Shown: positions 1 to 10,344, counted from the first letter of the stretch. The stretch: DNA of 64,000 nt from Candidatus Eiseniibacteriota bacterium (GCA_965224245.1 OZ245046.1:5120001-5184000), one strand, 5' to 3'. Translations and numbers: made by a program. Notes: generated from the letters alone by a model not told the origin.

Positions 1-1
1 G

Positions 2-1036
2 GCCGTGGATCGTCACGCCGATCTCCTGCGCGCGTCGATCGCGAACGCGGGCAACGACCATCGCCTCGGAGCCAACGAGGCACCGCCGGCGATCATCTCG
101 ATCTTCCTCGGCGACATGCTCAGCGACATCCTCGATCAGCTCGCGCGGGGGCAGGCGCGTTCGACGAAGAAGGGCGGCTCGCTGAACCTCGGCGCGCACA
201 CGCTGCCGCAGATTCCCCGTCACTCGGGTGACCGCAACCGCACGAGCCCGTTCGCGTTCACCGGCAACAAGTTCGAGTTCCGCGCGGTCGGGTCGTCGGC
301 CGCCGTCGCGTGGCCGAACACGGTCATCAACACGATCGTGGCCGAGGCCGTCGACATCGTCGTCACCGATCTCGAGAAGCGCGCCGGCAAGAACCCCACC
401 GAGAGGAAGCTCGAGCAGGCAGTCCGTGCGGTCCTGAAGGACGTCGTGCGCAAGCATCGCCGCATCGTGTTCGACGGCGACAACTACTCGACGGACTGGC
501 ACGCCGAAGCCGAGAAGCGGGGTCTCCCGCACCTGCGCACCACGCCGGACGCCTACGCGGCGTTCAAGACCCGTGCGGCGCAGGCGCTGTTCCGCAAGTA
601 CGGCGTCCTGAACGCGCGCGAGTACAAGGCGCGCGTGGAGGTCCTCGTCGAGCGGTACAACAACGTGATGCAGATCGAGGCCCGCACGCTGCTCCGGATG
701 CTGCGCACGCAGGTGCTGCCCGCATGCCTGCGCTGCCAGGGCGAGCTGGCCGACATCGTCATGTCGAGCGAGGCCGCCGGTGCGAGGACGTTCGGAGCGC
801 GGCGCACGTTCGACACCGTGGCCGCGCTGTGCGCCGACCTGGAGTCGGAGTGCGACGTGCTGGCGACGGCCCTGGACGAGCTGCCCGACGGCGGAGACGC
901 CTGCAGCAAAGCGATCATCGACACGTTGATCCCGGCCATGCGAGCGGCACGGACGACGGCCGATGCGCTCGAGGGATACGTGTCAGACGACATGTGGCCG
1001 TTCCCGAGCTACGCGGAGCTGATGTTCGTCAAGTAG
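2..1036 (+). CDS. Glutamine synthetase type III, C-terminal part (5' truncated by window edge)
   Basis: Motifs ANAGNDHRLGANEAPPAIISIFLG, DRNRTSPFAFTGNKFEFRAVGS and terminal WPFPSYAELMF are typical of GSIII. Confidence 0.95.
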   Translation, partial: AVDRHADLLRASIANAGNDHRLGANEAPPAIISIFLGDMLSDILDQLARGQARSTKKGGSLNLGAHTLPQIPRHSGDRNRTSPFAFTGNKFEFRAVGSSAAVAWPNTVINTIVAEAVDIVVTDLEKRAGKNPTERKLEQAVRAVLKDVVRKHRRIVFDGDNYSTDWHAEAEKRGLPHLRTTPDAYAAFKTRAAQALFRKYGVLNAREYKARVEVLVERYNNVMQIEARTLLRMLRTQVLPACLRCQGELADIVMSSEAAGARTFGARRTFDTVAALCADLESECDVLATALDELPDGGDACSKAIIDTLIPAMRAARTTADALEGYVSDDMWPFPSYAELMFVK

Positions 1037-1386
1037 GACCCGCGATCCCGCCGCGGCGACCGTCGCCGCGGCGCGCCAGAAGGCGGCCCCGCCCGGGGTG
1101 GGCGAGGCCGCATTCGTCGAGGCCGGGTTGAGACGGAAGTGCGAGGCGGTTGGGGACTACATCTGTTTCGGGTCCAGGCGCGGGCCGTGGTCTGGGACCG
1201 ATGAGACGGCGAACCGGTGGGGACGAACGGTGGGGAGCCGCGCCAGCCGTGCGGGAAGTGTAGAACGAAACGCCCGCTCGCGATGCAGGGATACCGATCG
1301 AAAGTGAGCATTCGTGGTGCGAACGGTCGAGGTCGTCCGACGGTGGTCGGGTGGAGCCGATGCCGGGCGATCCTCTCGGGCGAGAC

Positions 1387-1415
1387 GCCCCGCTCCCGAC
1401 GAGCGGGAGCGGGGC
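1387..1415. terminator. GC-rich hairpin, probable intrinsic terminator downstream of the PEP-CTERM gene
   Basis: Perfect 12-bp inverted repeat GCCCCGCTCCCG-acgag-CGGGAGCGGGGC between convergent genes; no clear U-tract. Confidence 0.5.
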
Positions 1416-1443
1416 TGGACGTGATCCCGTCGACGCTTCCGGC

Positions 1444-1794
1444 TCAGCGCATGCGGCGCCGCGCGTGGACGGCGAGTCCCGCGAGCCCCAGGCCGATCAG
1501 TGCGACCGAGGCGGGCTCGGGAATCGGCCTGGCTCCGCCGGGCGACGCCGCGACCAGGAGCCGGTTGCCCGTCTCCTCGCCTCCCAACGTCACCCGATCG
1601 CCGAGCGCCCCGAGCGCCCCGAGCGCCGGCTCGGCGTGCGGCTCATCCAGGCGACCCTCGTAGCCAGCCTCCGCCGGCGCTCCGCCGGGATGACTCGCGA
1701 GCTCACAGACGTACGGTGCCGCGCCGGCCGTCGACGCGGTAGCGGCGCTCAGTCCGACGACCAGCATCAGTCGCCCGAGCGATGTCACGTGCAT
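1444..1794 (-). CDS. Small PEP-CTERM sorting-domain protein
   Basis: N-terminal signal peptide (…TASTAGA); C-terminus IPEPASVALIGLGLAGLAVHARRRMR = PEP motif, TM helix and basic tail. Confidence 0.85.
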   Translation of the reverse strand: MHVTSLGRLMLVVGLSAATASTAGAAPYVCELASHPGGAPAEAGYEGRLDEPHAEPALGALGALGDRVTLGGEETGNRLLVAASPGGARPIPEPASVALIGLGLAGLAVHARRRMR

Positions 1795-2200
1795 GATGTC
1801 AATCCTTCCTCGAGCCGACCGCGCCGGTGCTCCCGGCCGATCGACCGCGTCCCGATGTCGTGTCCTGCTACGGTGCGTGCGATGTCGTGGCTCCTTTCCG
1901 AGCGCTGCGGGCGCTCTCGGGGCAACTCGTCGTGCGGCAGGCCGACGTCACCCCCGAAGGGGTGTCAGGAGTACGGATCGCGCGTGCGAGTTCCGGCGGC
2001 GAACGCTCCGTTCGATCGTCCAAGTGATGTTGGATCAATACGTTGACAGCGATCGTGGGCGTCGTCTCGCGGTCGCGGCAGCGTCTCGCGGCATCTGTCT
2101 AGACGCCGTGACACCGGAGAAGGTCACATGAGGATCTCGTGTGGGGGCCGACGCCGGCGCGGTCGAGAGAGACCGGGCCGGTGCGTCGGAGCGGGGGTGT

Positions 2201-3916
2201 CTAGCTGGCGCGCACCAGTCGCACCGATCCCGCAACGCGGCCGTCGACCCGGATGCGGACGAAGTACACGCCGGCTCCGACGCGAGCGCCGCGCGTGTCG
2301 TCGCCGTTCCAGCTCAGCTCGGTGACGCCTCGGGTCACGGCGAGCCCGACGGCGAGTCGCCGCACGAGTCGTCCCTGCGCGTCCACGACCTCCGCCGACA
2401 CGCGTGCGTCGGTGTCGAGGTCGAACGCGATGCGGGCCACGTCGCCCGACGGGTTTGGCGTCAGCAGACGGAGCGCGATCGCATCGGCGAGATCGACGCT
2501 CGGGTCACCCACCGCGATCACGGCCTCCGCCTCGTCGGAGAAGATCGACTCGTTGAAGTCGGTGTCGTAAGCCGACACCGAGACGAGAAAGGCGTCCGTG
2601 GTCGGCAGGCCTCCGATCGAGAACTCCTGGACGGGACCGGCGTCGAGACCGGCGTCCAGCACGTCGTAGTAGAACGTCGAGTCGACGCCGGCGCGTCTCA
2701 GCGCCACCCGGTAGCCCGCCAGGTCGGGCGCGGTGGTGACGCTCGGCCAGGTCACGTTCAGGTTGCCGTCGCCCAGATCCTCGACGCTCGGCATCGACGG
2801 TCGCTCCGGGGCCAGGGCGAGGTTCGCGAACGCGGCCAGGTTGAGACGCGTGACGCGTGCGAGGTAGGGGAAGTTCATGTACTCGATCAAGTCGTCACCG
2901 TTGTGCTGGTGCCCGACCGACCCATCGCCGACCCCGTCCTCGTTGGCCTCGGTGAACCGCGCGGCCGCGAAGCCCCGATTCCCGAAGGGGATGTGATCGC
3001 CGCCGCGTCCCGGGCGGTCCTGGCGCAGGATCATCGTCACCTCGAACTCGCTCATGTACCGCAGCCCGGCCAGCTTGATCGCGCGCGCGAGCTGGCGGCT
3101 CGACGACGTGTCCGGTCCCCGCGAGAAGTGACGCACGCTCATCGAGTCGACGATGACCGGCTCCCCGTCCGGACAGGCCGGGTTCGCACAGCCGACGATG
3201 TTGCCGACGATGTCGTTGGTGACCATGCCGTCGAGGCGAAGTCCGCTCGTGTCGGCGAACACCGCGTAGCGCGTCGAGCCGATCAGTCCGTTCTCCTCAC
3301 CGGTGAACGCGAGCAGGAGGAGGCTCGCGTCGAGGTCGGTGCCGGCGAGAACCCGGCTCATCTCGAGAACGGCGGCCACGCCGCTCCCATCGTCGTTCGC
3401 CCCCGGCGCCGCCGAGGACGCGTCGCAGTTGTCGACGATGCGCGAGTCCATGTGTCCGCTGACCAGGAAGTGTCGTTCGGGCTGGAGCGTGCCCACCTTG
3501 TCGTTGACCACGTTGCGATGCGTGGTCGTGAACATGCACGTCTGCGCGACGAACGAGAAGTAGCTCGGCGCCATGTTGCTGCCGGGTGTGGAGGCGTGCG
3601 CGTCGAAGCGGCTGCGGATCCAGCGTCGCGCGGCACCGATGCCCACGGTGGACGAGACCGTGTCCGAGTTCATGTGCCGCGTGTGGAAGCCGACCAGCCG
3701 CTGCACGTAGCTCTGGAGGCTGTCGGCGGAGACGTCTTCGAGGAGCGCGGCGATCGTGGGGTTGGCGGGCAACGAGCTCGAGAACGGCGTTCCCCTGGAC
3801 ACGGCGTCGCCGTCACCTGCGGTGCGGGTTCCTCCAGCCCGGATGACCAGAGAGGTCGTGATGACGGCGGCCACCACCAGGATCATGCGTGTGCGAGCTG
3901 AACGACGTTCCACCAT
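2201..3916 (-). CDS. Secreted M28 family metallopeptidase with C-terminal FlgD-Ig/T9SS-A-like domain
   Basis: SGHMDS, APGANDDGSG, FTGEENGLIGS, GGDHIPF motifs; tail PNPS…DAQGRLVRRL…WNGDD…GVYFVRI. Confidence 0.9.
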   Translation of the reverse strand: MVERRSARTRMILVVAAVITTSLVIRAGGTRTAGDGDAVSRGTPFSSSLPANPTIAALLEDVSADSLQSYVQRLVGFHTRHMNSDTVSSTVGIGAARRWIRSRFDAHASTPGSNMAPSYFSFVAQTCMFTTTHRNVVNDKVGTLQPERHFLVSGHMDSRIVDNCDASSAAPGANDDGSGVAAVLEMSRVLAGTDLDASLLLLAFTGEENGLIGSTRYAVFADTSGLRLDGMVTNDIVGNIVGCANPACPDGEPVIVDSMSVRHFSRGPDTSSSRQLARAIKLAGLRYMSEFEVTMILRQDRPGRGGDHIPFGNRGFAAARFTEANEDGVGDGSVGHQHNGDDLIEYMNFPYLARVTRLNLAAFANLALAPERPSMPSVEDLGDGNLNVTWPSVTTAPDLAGYRVALRRAGVDSTFYYDVLDAGLDAGPVQEFSIGGLPTTDAFLVSVSAYDTDFNESIFSDEAEAVIAVGDPSVDLADAIALRLLTPNPSGDVARIAFDLDTDARVSAEVVDAQGRLVRRLAVGLAVTRGVTELSWNGDDTRGARVGAGVYFVRIRVDGRVAGSVRLVRAS

Positions 3917-4110
3917 GCGGGCCCCCTTGCTGGCGAATCCGGCCGATCGAGAGTGAACTTCGTTCGAAGTCTACCAGCTCGGCCGGAACCGCGGGGGCGC
4001 CCGCCGGGGCCGGCGCTCGGATCGGCATCCCCGGCGGGCGCCCGCTCCGGCTTGACGCGACGGTCGAAAGCCCGTATCGGTCCCCGCGCACCGCCGGCGA
4101 GACGAGGGCC

Positions 4111-4875
4111 ATGCAAGCGAACTCCGGGACCCGCGCGAACGCGCACACATCGATCGTGATCTATACCGACGGGGCCGCCTCCGGCAACCCGGGCCCCGGC
4201 GGGTGGGGGGCGATCGTGCGCTGCGGGGACGATCACGTCGAGGAGCTGGGCGGCGGGGCCGCCCACACCACGAACAACCGCATGGAGATGACGGCCGTCA
4301 TCGAAGCGCTGCGCTTCGCCGCCGATCGTCCGGGACCGGTCGTCGTCTATAGCGATTCCACATACGTCATCAAGGGCATCACCGAGTGGATCGACGGGTG
4401 GAAACGCCGCGGCTGGCGCACGTCCGGCGGCGAGCCGGTCGCGAACCGCGAGCTCTGGGAGGCCATCGACGAGCTCGTCCGGGCCCGGGGACGTGCGATC
4501 CGCTGGGTGTACGTGCGGGGGCACCGCGGCGTCCCCGGCAACGAACGCGTCGACGAGATCGCGGTGGCGCACACGCGCGGAGAGGCTCCGTCTCTCTATT
4601 CCGGCCCCGTCGCGGCGTACGGCATCGATCTGACGGGACCCCCACCGAGCGCGTCGACCGGATCGTCGACGTCGCGCGCGTCGCGCCGAGGGGCGGCATA
4701 CAGCTATCTGAGCCTCGTGAACGGCGTGCTCCGTCGTCACGCGACCTGGGCCGCATGCGAGGCCCGCGTCAAGGGGCGGAGCGGCGCCCGGTTCAAGAAG
4801 GCCATGACGGCCGCGGAGGAGGCCGACATCGTGCGCGGCTGGGGCCTCGATCCGGGCCAGCTCCCGCCGCGCTGA
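4111..4875 (+). CDS. rnhA: Ribonuclease HI with C-terminal viroplasmin/hybrid-binding-like domain
   Basis: IYTDGAASGNPGPGGWG, TTNNRMEM, DSTYV, WVYVRGH…GNERVD; start reassigned to ATG 4111. Confidence 0.92.
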   Translation: MQANSGTRANAHTSIVIYTDGAASGNPGPGGWGAIVRCGDDHVEELGGGAAHTTNNRMEMTAVIEALRFAADRPGPVVVYSDSTYVIKGITEWIDGWKRRGWRTSGGEPVANRELWEAIDELVRARGRAIRWVYVRGHRGVPGNERVDEIAVAHTRGEAPSLYSGPVAAYGIDLTGPPPSASTGSSTSRASRRGAAYSYLSLVNGVLRRHATWAACEARVKGRSGARFKKAMTAAEEADIVRGWGLDPGQLPPR

Positions 4876-5010
4876 CGCGGTCTTGCCGTGGACGCTCGGC
4901 CCGTCCATGGGCTACCCTTACCCGTTTCGCAGGCGCCGCCCCCATCCGTCCAAGCGCTTGCCATGAAGACGCATTCCCATGAGCCCCATGAGCGACGTTC
5001 GGAGGGTCCG

Positions 5011-7107
5011 GTGAGCCAGAGCACGATGACGCCCGCGAATCCGTTCCTGAACCTCGAACCACCGGTGCCCTTCGATCAGATCGGGCCCGCCGACGTGGCG
5101 CCCGGGATCCGCGCGCTTCTCTCCGAGCTGGATCGGGAGCTGGAGCAGGTCGAGCGCTCGTCGACGGCCACCTGGGACGGTCTCGTCGTGCCGATCGACC
5201 GTTTGCGCGACCGGTTCGAGGTGGCCTGGGGCGTGGTGGGCAACCTGCTGTCCGTGAGCAACAGCGAGGAGCTCCGCGCGGCGTACAAGGACGTCCTGCC
5301 GGTGATGGTCGCGTTCTCGCTCCGGCTGAAGCAGAGTCACCCGCTGTTCGAGCGGCTGGAGCAGCTGTCCGGCGGCGATGCGTGGCACTCGCTGAGCGCC
5401 TGCCAGAAGCGGATCGTCGAGTCGCTGTTGCGAGAGATGCGCCACGCCGGCGTCTCGCTGGAGCCCGCGGTTCGTACCGAGTTCAGCGCGGTCGAGCGGG
5501 AGCTGGCCGAGCTCGGAACCCACTTCGGAAACAACGTGCTCGACGCGACGAAGGCGTTCGAGATGACGCTCACCACCGCGGAGGAGGTCCGCGGGCTCCC
5601 CGACACCCTGCTCGGCATGGCCGCGTCGTCGGCGCGCAAGCACGGGCATCCGAGCGCGACCACGCGAGGGGGACCGTGGCGAGTCCCGCTGAACGAGGCG
5701 TACGTCTCACCGTTCCTGACACACAGCGAGCGGCGCGACCTCCGCGAACGCGTCTATCGGGCCCTGGTCACACGCGCGAGCACGGCGCCGACCGACAATC
5801 GCCCGCTCATCGAGCGCATTCTGAGGCTCCGCGGCGAGCAAGCCCGCCGGCTCGGCTACGACACGTACGCCGAGCTGAGCATCGCCAACAAGATGGCGCC
5901 GAGCGTGACGGCCGTGCGCGAGGCGCTGGGCGAGCTGCGAGACGCCGCGTACGACGTGGCCCATCGCGAGTTCGACGAGCTGGCCGCGTTCTCCAGCGCG
6001 CACGGTGGCCCGAATCGCGACCAGATCAAGCAGTGGGACGTCTCGTTCTGGCTCGAGCGGCTGCAACAGACCGAGCTCGGCTTCGCCGACGAGGATCTCC
6101 GCCCCTACTTTCCGTTGCCGCGTGTCCTCGACGGGCTCTTCGCGGTGGCCAAGCGACTGTTCAACATCGACGTCGAGGCCCGGCCGGGCGGGGCTCCCGT
6201 CTGGCACGATGACGTCCGGTACTTCGACGTGCGCCGAGACGGCACGGTCGTCGCGTCGTTCTACCTGGATCTCTTCGCGCGGCCCGGCGTGAAGCAGCAG
6301 GGCGCGTGGCAGTCGGGCATCTTCAACCGCTCGCGCAACTCTCACGGTCGCCGTGATCTCAGGACGCCGGTGACGGTGATGGTCTGCAACCAGGCGCCAC
6401 CGGTCAGCGGCCGCCCCTCGCTGATGAAGCTGGGCGAGGTTCGGACGCTCTTCCACGAGTTCGGCCACGCGCTGCATCACATGCTCACGTCCGTCGACAC
6501 CGGGCTCGCGGCCGGGACCTCCGGCGTGGAGTGGGACGCAGTCGAGCTGCCGTCGATGTTCATGGAGAACTGGGTCTTCCAGCCGAACGTGCTGCGCGAG
6601 CTCTCGTCGCACGTCGAGACCGGCGAGTCGTTGCCGGAGGAGTGGATCGAGAAGATCGTGGGCTGGCGCCGCTATCGGAGCGCGCCGCGTCTGCTCCGCC
6701 AGGTGTGCCTCTCGCTGACCGATCTCGAGCTGCACGATACGTACGATCCGGACGGCCCCGAGCGTCCCATGGACGTCTTTCGCCGGGTCGCCCGCGAGAA
6801 CAGCATCCTGGCACCGCTTCCCGAGGACGTGTTCCTCTGCGCGTTCGGTCACATCTTCTCGGGCGGCTACGCGGCCGGCTACTACAGCTACCTCTGGGCC
6901 AACATCATGAGCGCCGATGCGTTCTCCGCCTTCGAGGAGGCCGGACTCGAGGACACCGACGCGATCGCGTCCACCGGCCGGCGCTTTCGCGACACCGTCC
7001 TCGCGCTGGGGGGCAGCGTCTCGCCCGCCGAAGTCTTCGAGCGCTTCCGGGGACGGGCGCCGAGCACCGACGCACTGCTCAGACACCTCGGTCTGGCGTC
7101 GAGCTGA
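5011..7107 (+). CDS. prlC: Oligopeptidase A (M3 family)
   Basis: TLFHEFGHALHHML, WDAVELPSMFMENW, GGYAAGYYSYLWA; GTG at 5011 preceded by GGAGGG. Confidence 0.92.
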   Translation: MSQSTMTPANPFLNLEPPVPFDQIGPADVAPGIRALLSELDRELEQVERSSTATWDGLVVPIDRLRDRFEVAWGVVGNLLSVSNSEELRAAYKDVLPVMVAFSLRLKQSHPLFERLEQLSGGDAWHSLSACQKRIVESLLREMRHAGVSLEPAVRTEFSAVERELAELGTHFGNNVLDATKAFEMTLTTAEEVRGLPDTLLGMAASSARKHGHPSATTRGGPWRVPLNEAYVSPFLTHSERRDLRERVYRALVTRASTAPTDNRPLIERILRLRGEQARRLGYDTYAELSIANKMAPSVTAVREALGELRDAAYDVAHREFDELAAFSSAHGGPNRDQIKQWDVSFWLERLQQTELGFADEDLRPYFPLPRVLDGLFAVAKRLFNIDVEARPGGAPVWHDDVRYFDVRRDGTVVASFYLDLFARPGVKQQGAWQSGIFNRSRNSHGRRDLRTPVTVMVCNQAPPVSGRPSLMKLGEVRTLFHEFGHALHHMLTSVDTGLAAGTSGVEWDAVELPSMFMENWVFQPNVLRELSSHVETGESLPEEWIEKIVGWRRYRSAPRLLRQVCLSLTDLELHDTYDPDGPERPMDVFRRVARENSILAPLPEDVFLCAFGHIFSGGYAAGYYSYLWANIMSADAFSAFEEAGLEDTDAIASTGRRFRDTVLALGGSVSPAEVFERFRGRAPSTDALLRHLGLASS

Positions 7108-7135
7108 GCATTCCCGCCGATCGGAGTCGATCGCG

Positions 7136-7921
7136 ATGACCGAAGCCTCGGAATCGCCGACGGGTATCGTGCGCCGCTTCGCGTTGCGGACCGAGGAAGC
7201 CGTGCTCGCACACGGCGACTTTCGCGGGCTGTTCGCGGTCTACGAGGCGCACGTTCACCGCTGGGAGTCGATTCCCGATCCCCTGTGTCTGATCATGATG
7301 CGTCAGGCGCTCGGAGGAGCGGCGCTGCACCTGTCCTGCCGGCCGCGGGATCAGATGACAGCCTGGACGATCAACATCGCCCGGCCGCCGCTCAACGTGT
7401 TCGTGGCCGGAAACAGTGCGGACTCCACCGTGGTGGGACGGGTCTACACCGAGGACGTCAGCACCGCGGGATCGAGCCGCCTCTTCGTGGAATCCCGGCG
7501 ACCGCACGGCAAGTCCAATCGCTCGATGATCGACGTCACCGGGTACGACGTCCTCCAGATCTTCGAGCAGTACTACGAGCAGTCCGAGCAGAACCCGGCC
7601 CGGTTCTTCGAGTTCAACGAGACGGAGTTCGTGATGGTGCTCGCGATGCCCGGTGCCGATCCGGACTGGCTGGCGGCGCTGGACCGCGAGCGCGTCAAGA
7701 GCATCCTCGACGCCGGTCCGAGCCCCATCGACACCCAGGAGTTCACGTTCCGCTGCGGCTGCGATCACGATCGCATGGTCCAGGTCGTCCATGGCATGTT
7801 CAAGGAGGATCCGACCGAGCTGTTTCAGGGAGACGCCAACGTCGAGGTGAGCTGTCCACGCTGCGGTCGCCGGTGGACGCTCGACCGGGACGAGTTCGAC
7901 GAGCTTCAGGAGGACGCATGA
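7136..7921 (+). CDS. hslO: Hsp33 family redox-regulated chaperone
   Basis: C-terminal zinc ligands FRCGC…CPRC and YYEQSEQ motif; start at ATG 7136. Confidence 0.8.
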   Translation: MTEASESPTGIVRRFALRTEEAVLAHGDFRGLFAVYEAHVHRWESIPDPLCLIMMRQALGGAALHLSCRPRDQMTAWTINIARPPLNVFVAGNSADSTVVGRVYTEDVSTAGSSRLFVESRRPHGKSNRSMIDVTGYDVLQIFEQYYEQSEQNPARFFEFNETEFVMVLAMPGADPDWLAALDRERVKSILDAGPSPIDTQEFTFRCGCDHDRMVQVVHGMFKEDPTELFQGDANVEVSCPRCGRRWTLDRDEFDELQEDA

Positions 7922-10122
7922 TGCGGCCAATTCGAGTCCGACTCGCGCTCGCCGTGGCGCTGCTCGCGGCATCCCCGGTGCACGCGTTCGACGGCGAGCC
8001 GGCGGTGATCGATTCCGAGACGCTCCGGATCACCGAGCTCGAGGATCGCCGCGAGAGCGGACCCGAGCTGCGCACGTACCTCGGGAGCCCTCGGGCGCAC
8101 GTCCGCGCTCGGGCCGCGCTGGCGGCCGGTCGCATCGGACACCCCGCCGACGTCGCCGCGCTCTCGGAGATGCTCGCCGATCCCGACGTGACCGTCCGCC
8201 GCGCCGTCGTCTTCGGGCTCGGTGAGATCGAGGACTCGACGGCCGCGATGCCCCTCGCAGAGCTCCTGACGTCCGGACGCGAGACCGATGCGCGCGCGCG
8301 GGCGTTCGCGGTGGAGGCGCTGGGCAAGCTCCGATGGGGCGCCGAGGCCTGCCGGCACGCCATCGACGACGCGGACGCCGACGTGCGCGCGCGGGCGCTC
8401 CTGGCCGCCTGGCAGATTCCTGTCCCCGCCGTCACCGACCGCGCCGTCGCCGCGCTGGACGACGCGGACGCTCACGTGCGATGGGCCGCCGCGTACGCGC
8501 TGATGCGGCTCGCCGGTGCGCCGGCGTCCGGGGCGACGCCGATCGCCAGCGCAGCCGCGCTCTCGCCTGCCGAGCGCCGCCGCGTGGGCGACGCGCTGGC
8601 GGGGCTGGTCGGCGATCCCGATCCCGAGGTTCGCACCGTCGCGATCCGGGGTCTCCGGCGCGCCGGCAGCCCCGAGGTGACGGCCCTTCTCGTCGATCGC
8701 ATGCGCGACAGCGACTGGCGCGTACGCGTGGAGGTCGTCCGCGCGCTCGGCTCCGACGTGGACGCCGGCGGCGGTGCCGGCGCGAACGCGGACGACGGCG
8801 CGGCCGGAGATCCCGCCGCGGTCGGCTCGACGACGCGCTCGATCGACGTGGACGCGATCGCGCCGCTTCTGGCTGATCCCCACCCGAACGTGCTCGTGGA
8901 GGCCGTGGGGCTGCTCGCGACCGTGGGCGACGACTCCACGGCGTTCGCCCGTCTCGCCGGCTTCTCCCGCTCGCCCGACGACCGCGTGAGCATCGCCGCG
9001 TTCGACGCAATGCTGGCCCGCTGGAGCGACGCGGACAGCCTGGATGCGGCCGCGCGGGAGCGCGTCGGCGCCGAGATCGACGCGATGCGCCGGCGCAGGG
9101 CCTGGGCGGCCCGGGCGGCGGTGATCGGCGCCCTGCCGCTCGTGGAGCGATGGGATGCCGAGCGCGCAGGCCAGCTCGCCCGGGACCTCGTCTCCGATCG
9201 CGATCCGCGGGTGGCCAAGCTCGCGGTCGGGGACCACCTTCGCCATCTGGCCGGCGCGGCGTCGGGACCGCTCTGGTCTCGGGTGGGCGGAGAGGTCTCG
9301 TCGCTCACGCGTCACGACGATCCGATGGTGCGACTGATGGCGCTCTACGGGACGTCGGCGCTCTTCCAGGCGGACTCGGTCTACGCGCCCACCGACGACG
9401 ACTGGACCCGCTTCGCGACCACGCTGGACGACGTCTACGAGGTGTCTCGCCAGGTCGACTCGCTGACCGACGTGCGAGAGGCTGTCGTGGACGTCGCCGC
9501 GAACTGGCTCGATCGCCCCGCGTATCGCGACGTCGTGCAGAAAGGGATCGACGACTCGAACTACGTCGTTCGCCGGGCCGCCCTGGGGGCGCTGGAGAGC
9601 GGCGGGATCGACTCGCCGCGTCAGGCCGAGCCGGTGGTGTCGCGGTACGGATCCGGGACGATGCGACAGATCCTCGAGTGGGCGAACTCCGATCACTGGG
9701 CGGTCTGGGATACCGAGTCGGGACGCATCGTGGCCAAGCTCTTCTCCCGCGACGCCCCGCTCACGTGCTGGAACCTGCTGGAGCTGGCGAACGCCGGGTT
9801 CTACGACCAGGGCGCGTGGCATCGCGTGGTGCCGAACTTCGTCCTCCAGGACGGCTGCCCGCGCGGTGACGGATGGGGCGGACCGGACTGGCAGATCCGC
9901 TGCGAGATCAACCCGAGGCGCTACGCGGCCGACCGACTCGGCATGGCGCTCTCGGGGAAGGACACCGGTGGCAGTCAGTACTTCTTCACGCACTCCGCGC
10001 AGCCGCACCTCGACGGGCGGTACACGGTGTTCGGCGAGATCGTCGAGGGCGCCGAGGCGGCCGCCCGCGTCACGCAGGGGATGCGGATTCGCAGCGTGCG
10101 CGTGCTCGACGTCGCGCCCTGA
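7918..10122 (+). CDS. Secreted HEAT-repeat protein with C-terminal cyclophilin-type peptidyl-prolyl isomerase domain
   Basis: Signal peptide; many D-x-D-x-x-VR-x-x-A HEAT repeats; HRVVPNFVLQDGCPRGDG, GMALSGKDTGGSQYF, PHLDGRYTVFG; ATGA overlap with hslO. Confidence 0.88.
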   Translation: MMRPIRVRLALAVALLAASPVHAFDGEPAVIDSETLRITELEDRRESGPELRTYLGSPRAHVRARAALAAGRIGHPADVAALSEMLADPDVTVRRAVVFGLGEIEDSTAAMPLAELLTSGRETDARARAFAVEALGKLRWGAEACRHAIDDADADVRARALLAAWQIPVPAVTDRAVAALDDADAHVRWAAAYALMRLAGAPASGATPIASAAALSPAERRRVGDALAGLVGDPDPEVRTVAIRGLRRAGSPEVTALLVDRMRDSDWRVRVEVVRALGSDVDAGGGAGANADDGAAGDPAAVGSTTRSIDVDAIAPLLADPHPNVLVEAVGLLATVGDDSTAFARLAGFSRSPDDRVSIAAFDAMLARWSDADSLDAAARERVGAEIDAMRRRRAWAARAAVIGALPLVERWDAERAGQLARDLVSDRDPRVAKLAVGDHLRHLAGAASGPLWSRVGGEVSSLTRHDDPMVRLMALYGTSALFQADSVYAPTDDDWTRFATTLDDVYEVSRQVDSLTDVREAVVDVAANWLDRPAYRDVVQKGIDDSNYVVRRAALGALESGGIDSPRQAEPVVSRYGSGTMRQILEWANSDHWAVWDTESGRIVAKLFSRDAPLTCWNLLELANAGFYDQGAWHRVVPNFVLQDGCPRGDGWGGPDWQIRCEINPRRYAADRLGMALSGKDTGGSQYFFTHSAQPHLDGRYTVFGEIVEGAEAAARVTQGMRIRSVRVLDVAP

Positions 10123-10344
10123 GCGCGGGGCTCGTCGAGAGGCCGATCGGCCTGCCGAACCAGGGAACACATTGCGCCATCTGGGGTTGACGTGATCGGG
10201 CGCCACAGCTGCGCGCCCGCCGGGAATGTGGTATCTGTTTGGAACTTCGATGCCCCTCCGCACCGGGAGGGGACATCTCGATCGGCGACCGCGACGCTAC
10301 CCCCTGCGATCCTGCGGCCGGACCCGACTACTGGAGATGACGCC

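Noticed and set aside
1037-1443. Possible ncRNA/riboswitch or small ORF (1009-1311) in the 400-bp gap
   Set aside because: Only terminator-like hairpins are visible. I recognised no riboswitch consensus and the ORF is not protein-like. A covariance-model search would be needed.
2141-3901. Long antisense ORFs (also 5707-7086, 7906-10263, 10297-12174, 24776-26572, 44454-46706, 58266-60095 and others)
   Set aside because: Shadow frames opposite well-supported genes, expected in very GC-rich DNA. They are Arg/Gly/His-rich with no recognisable motifs.
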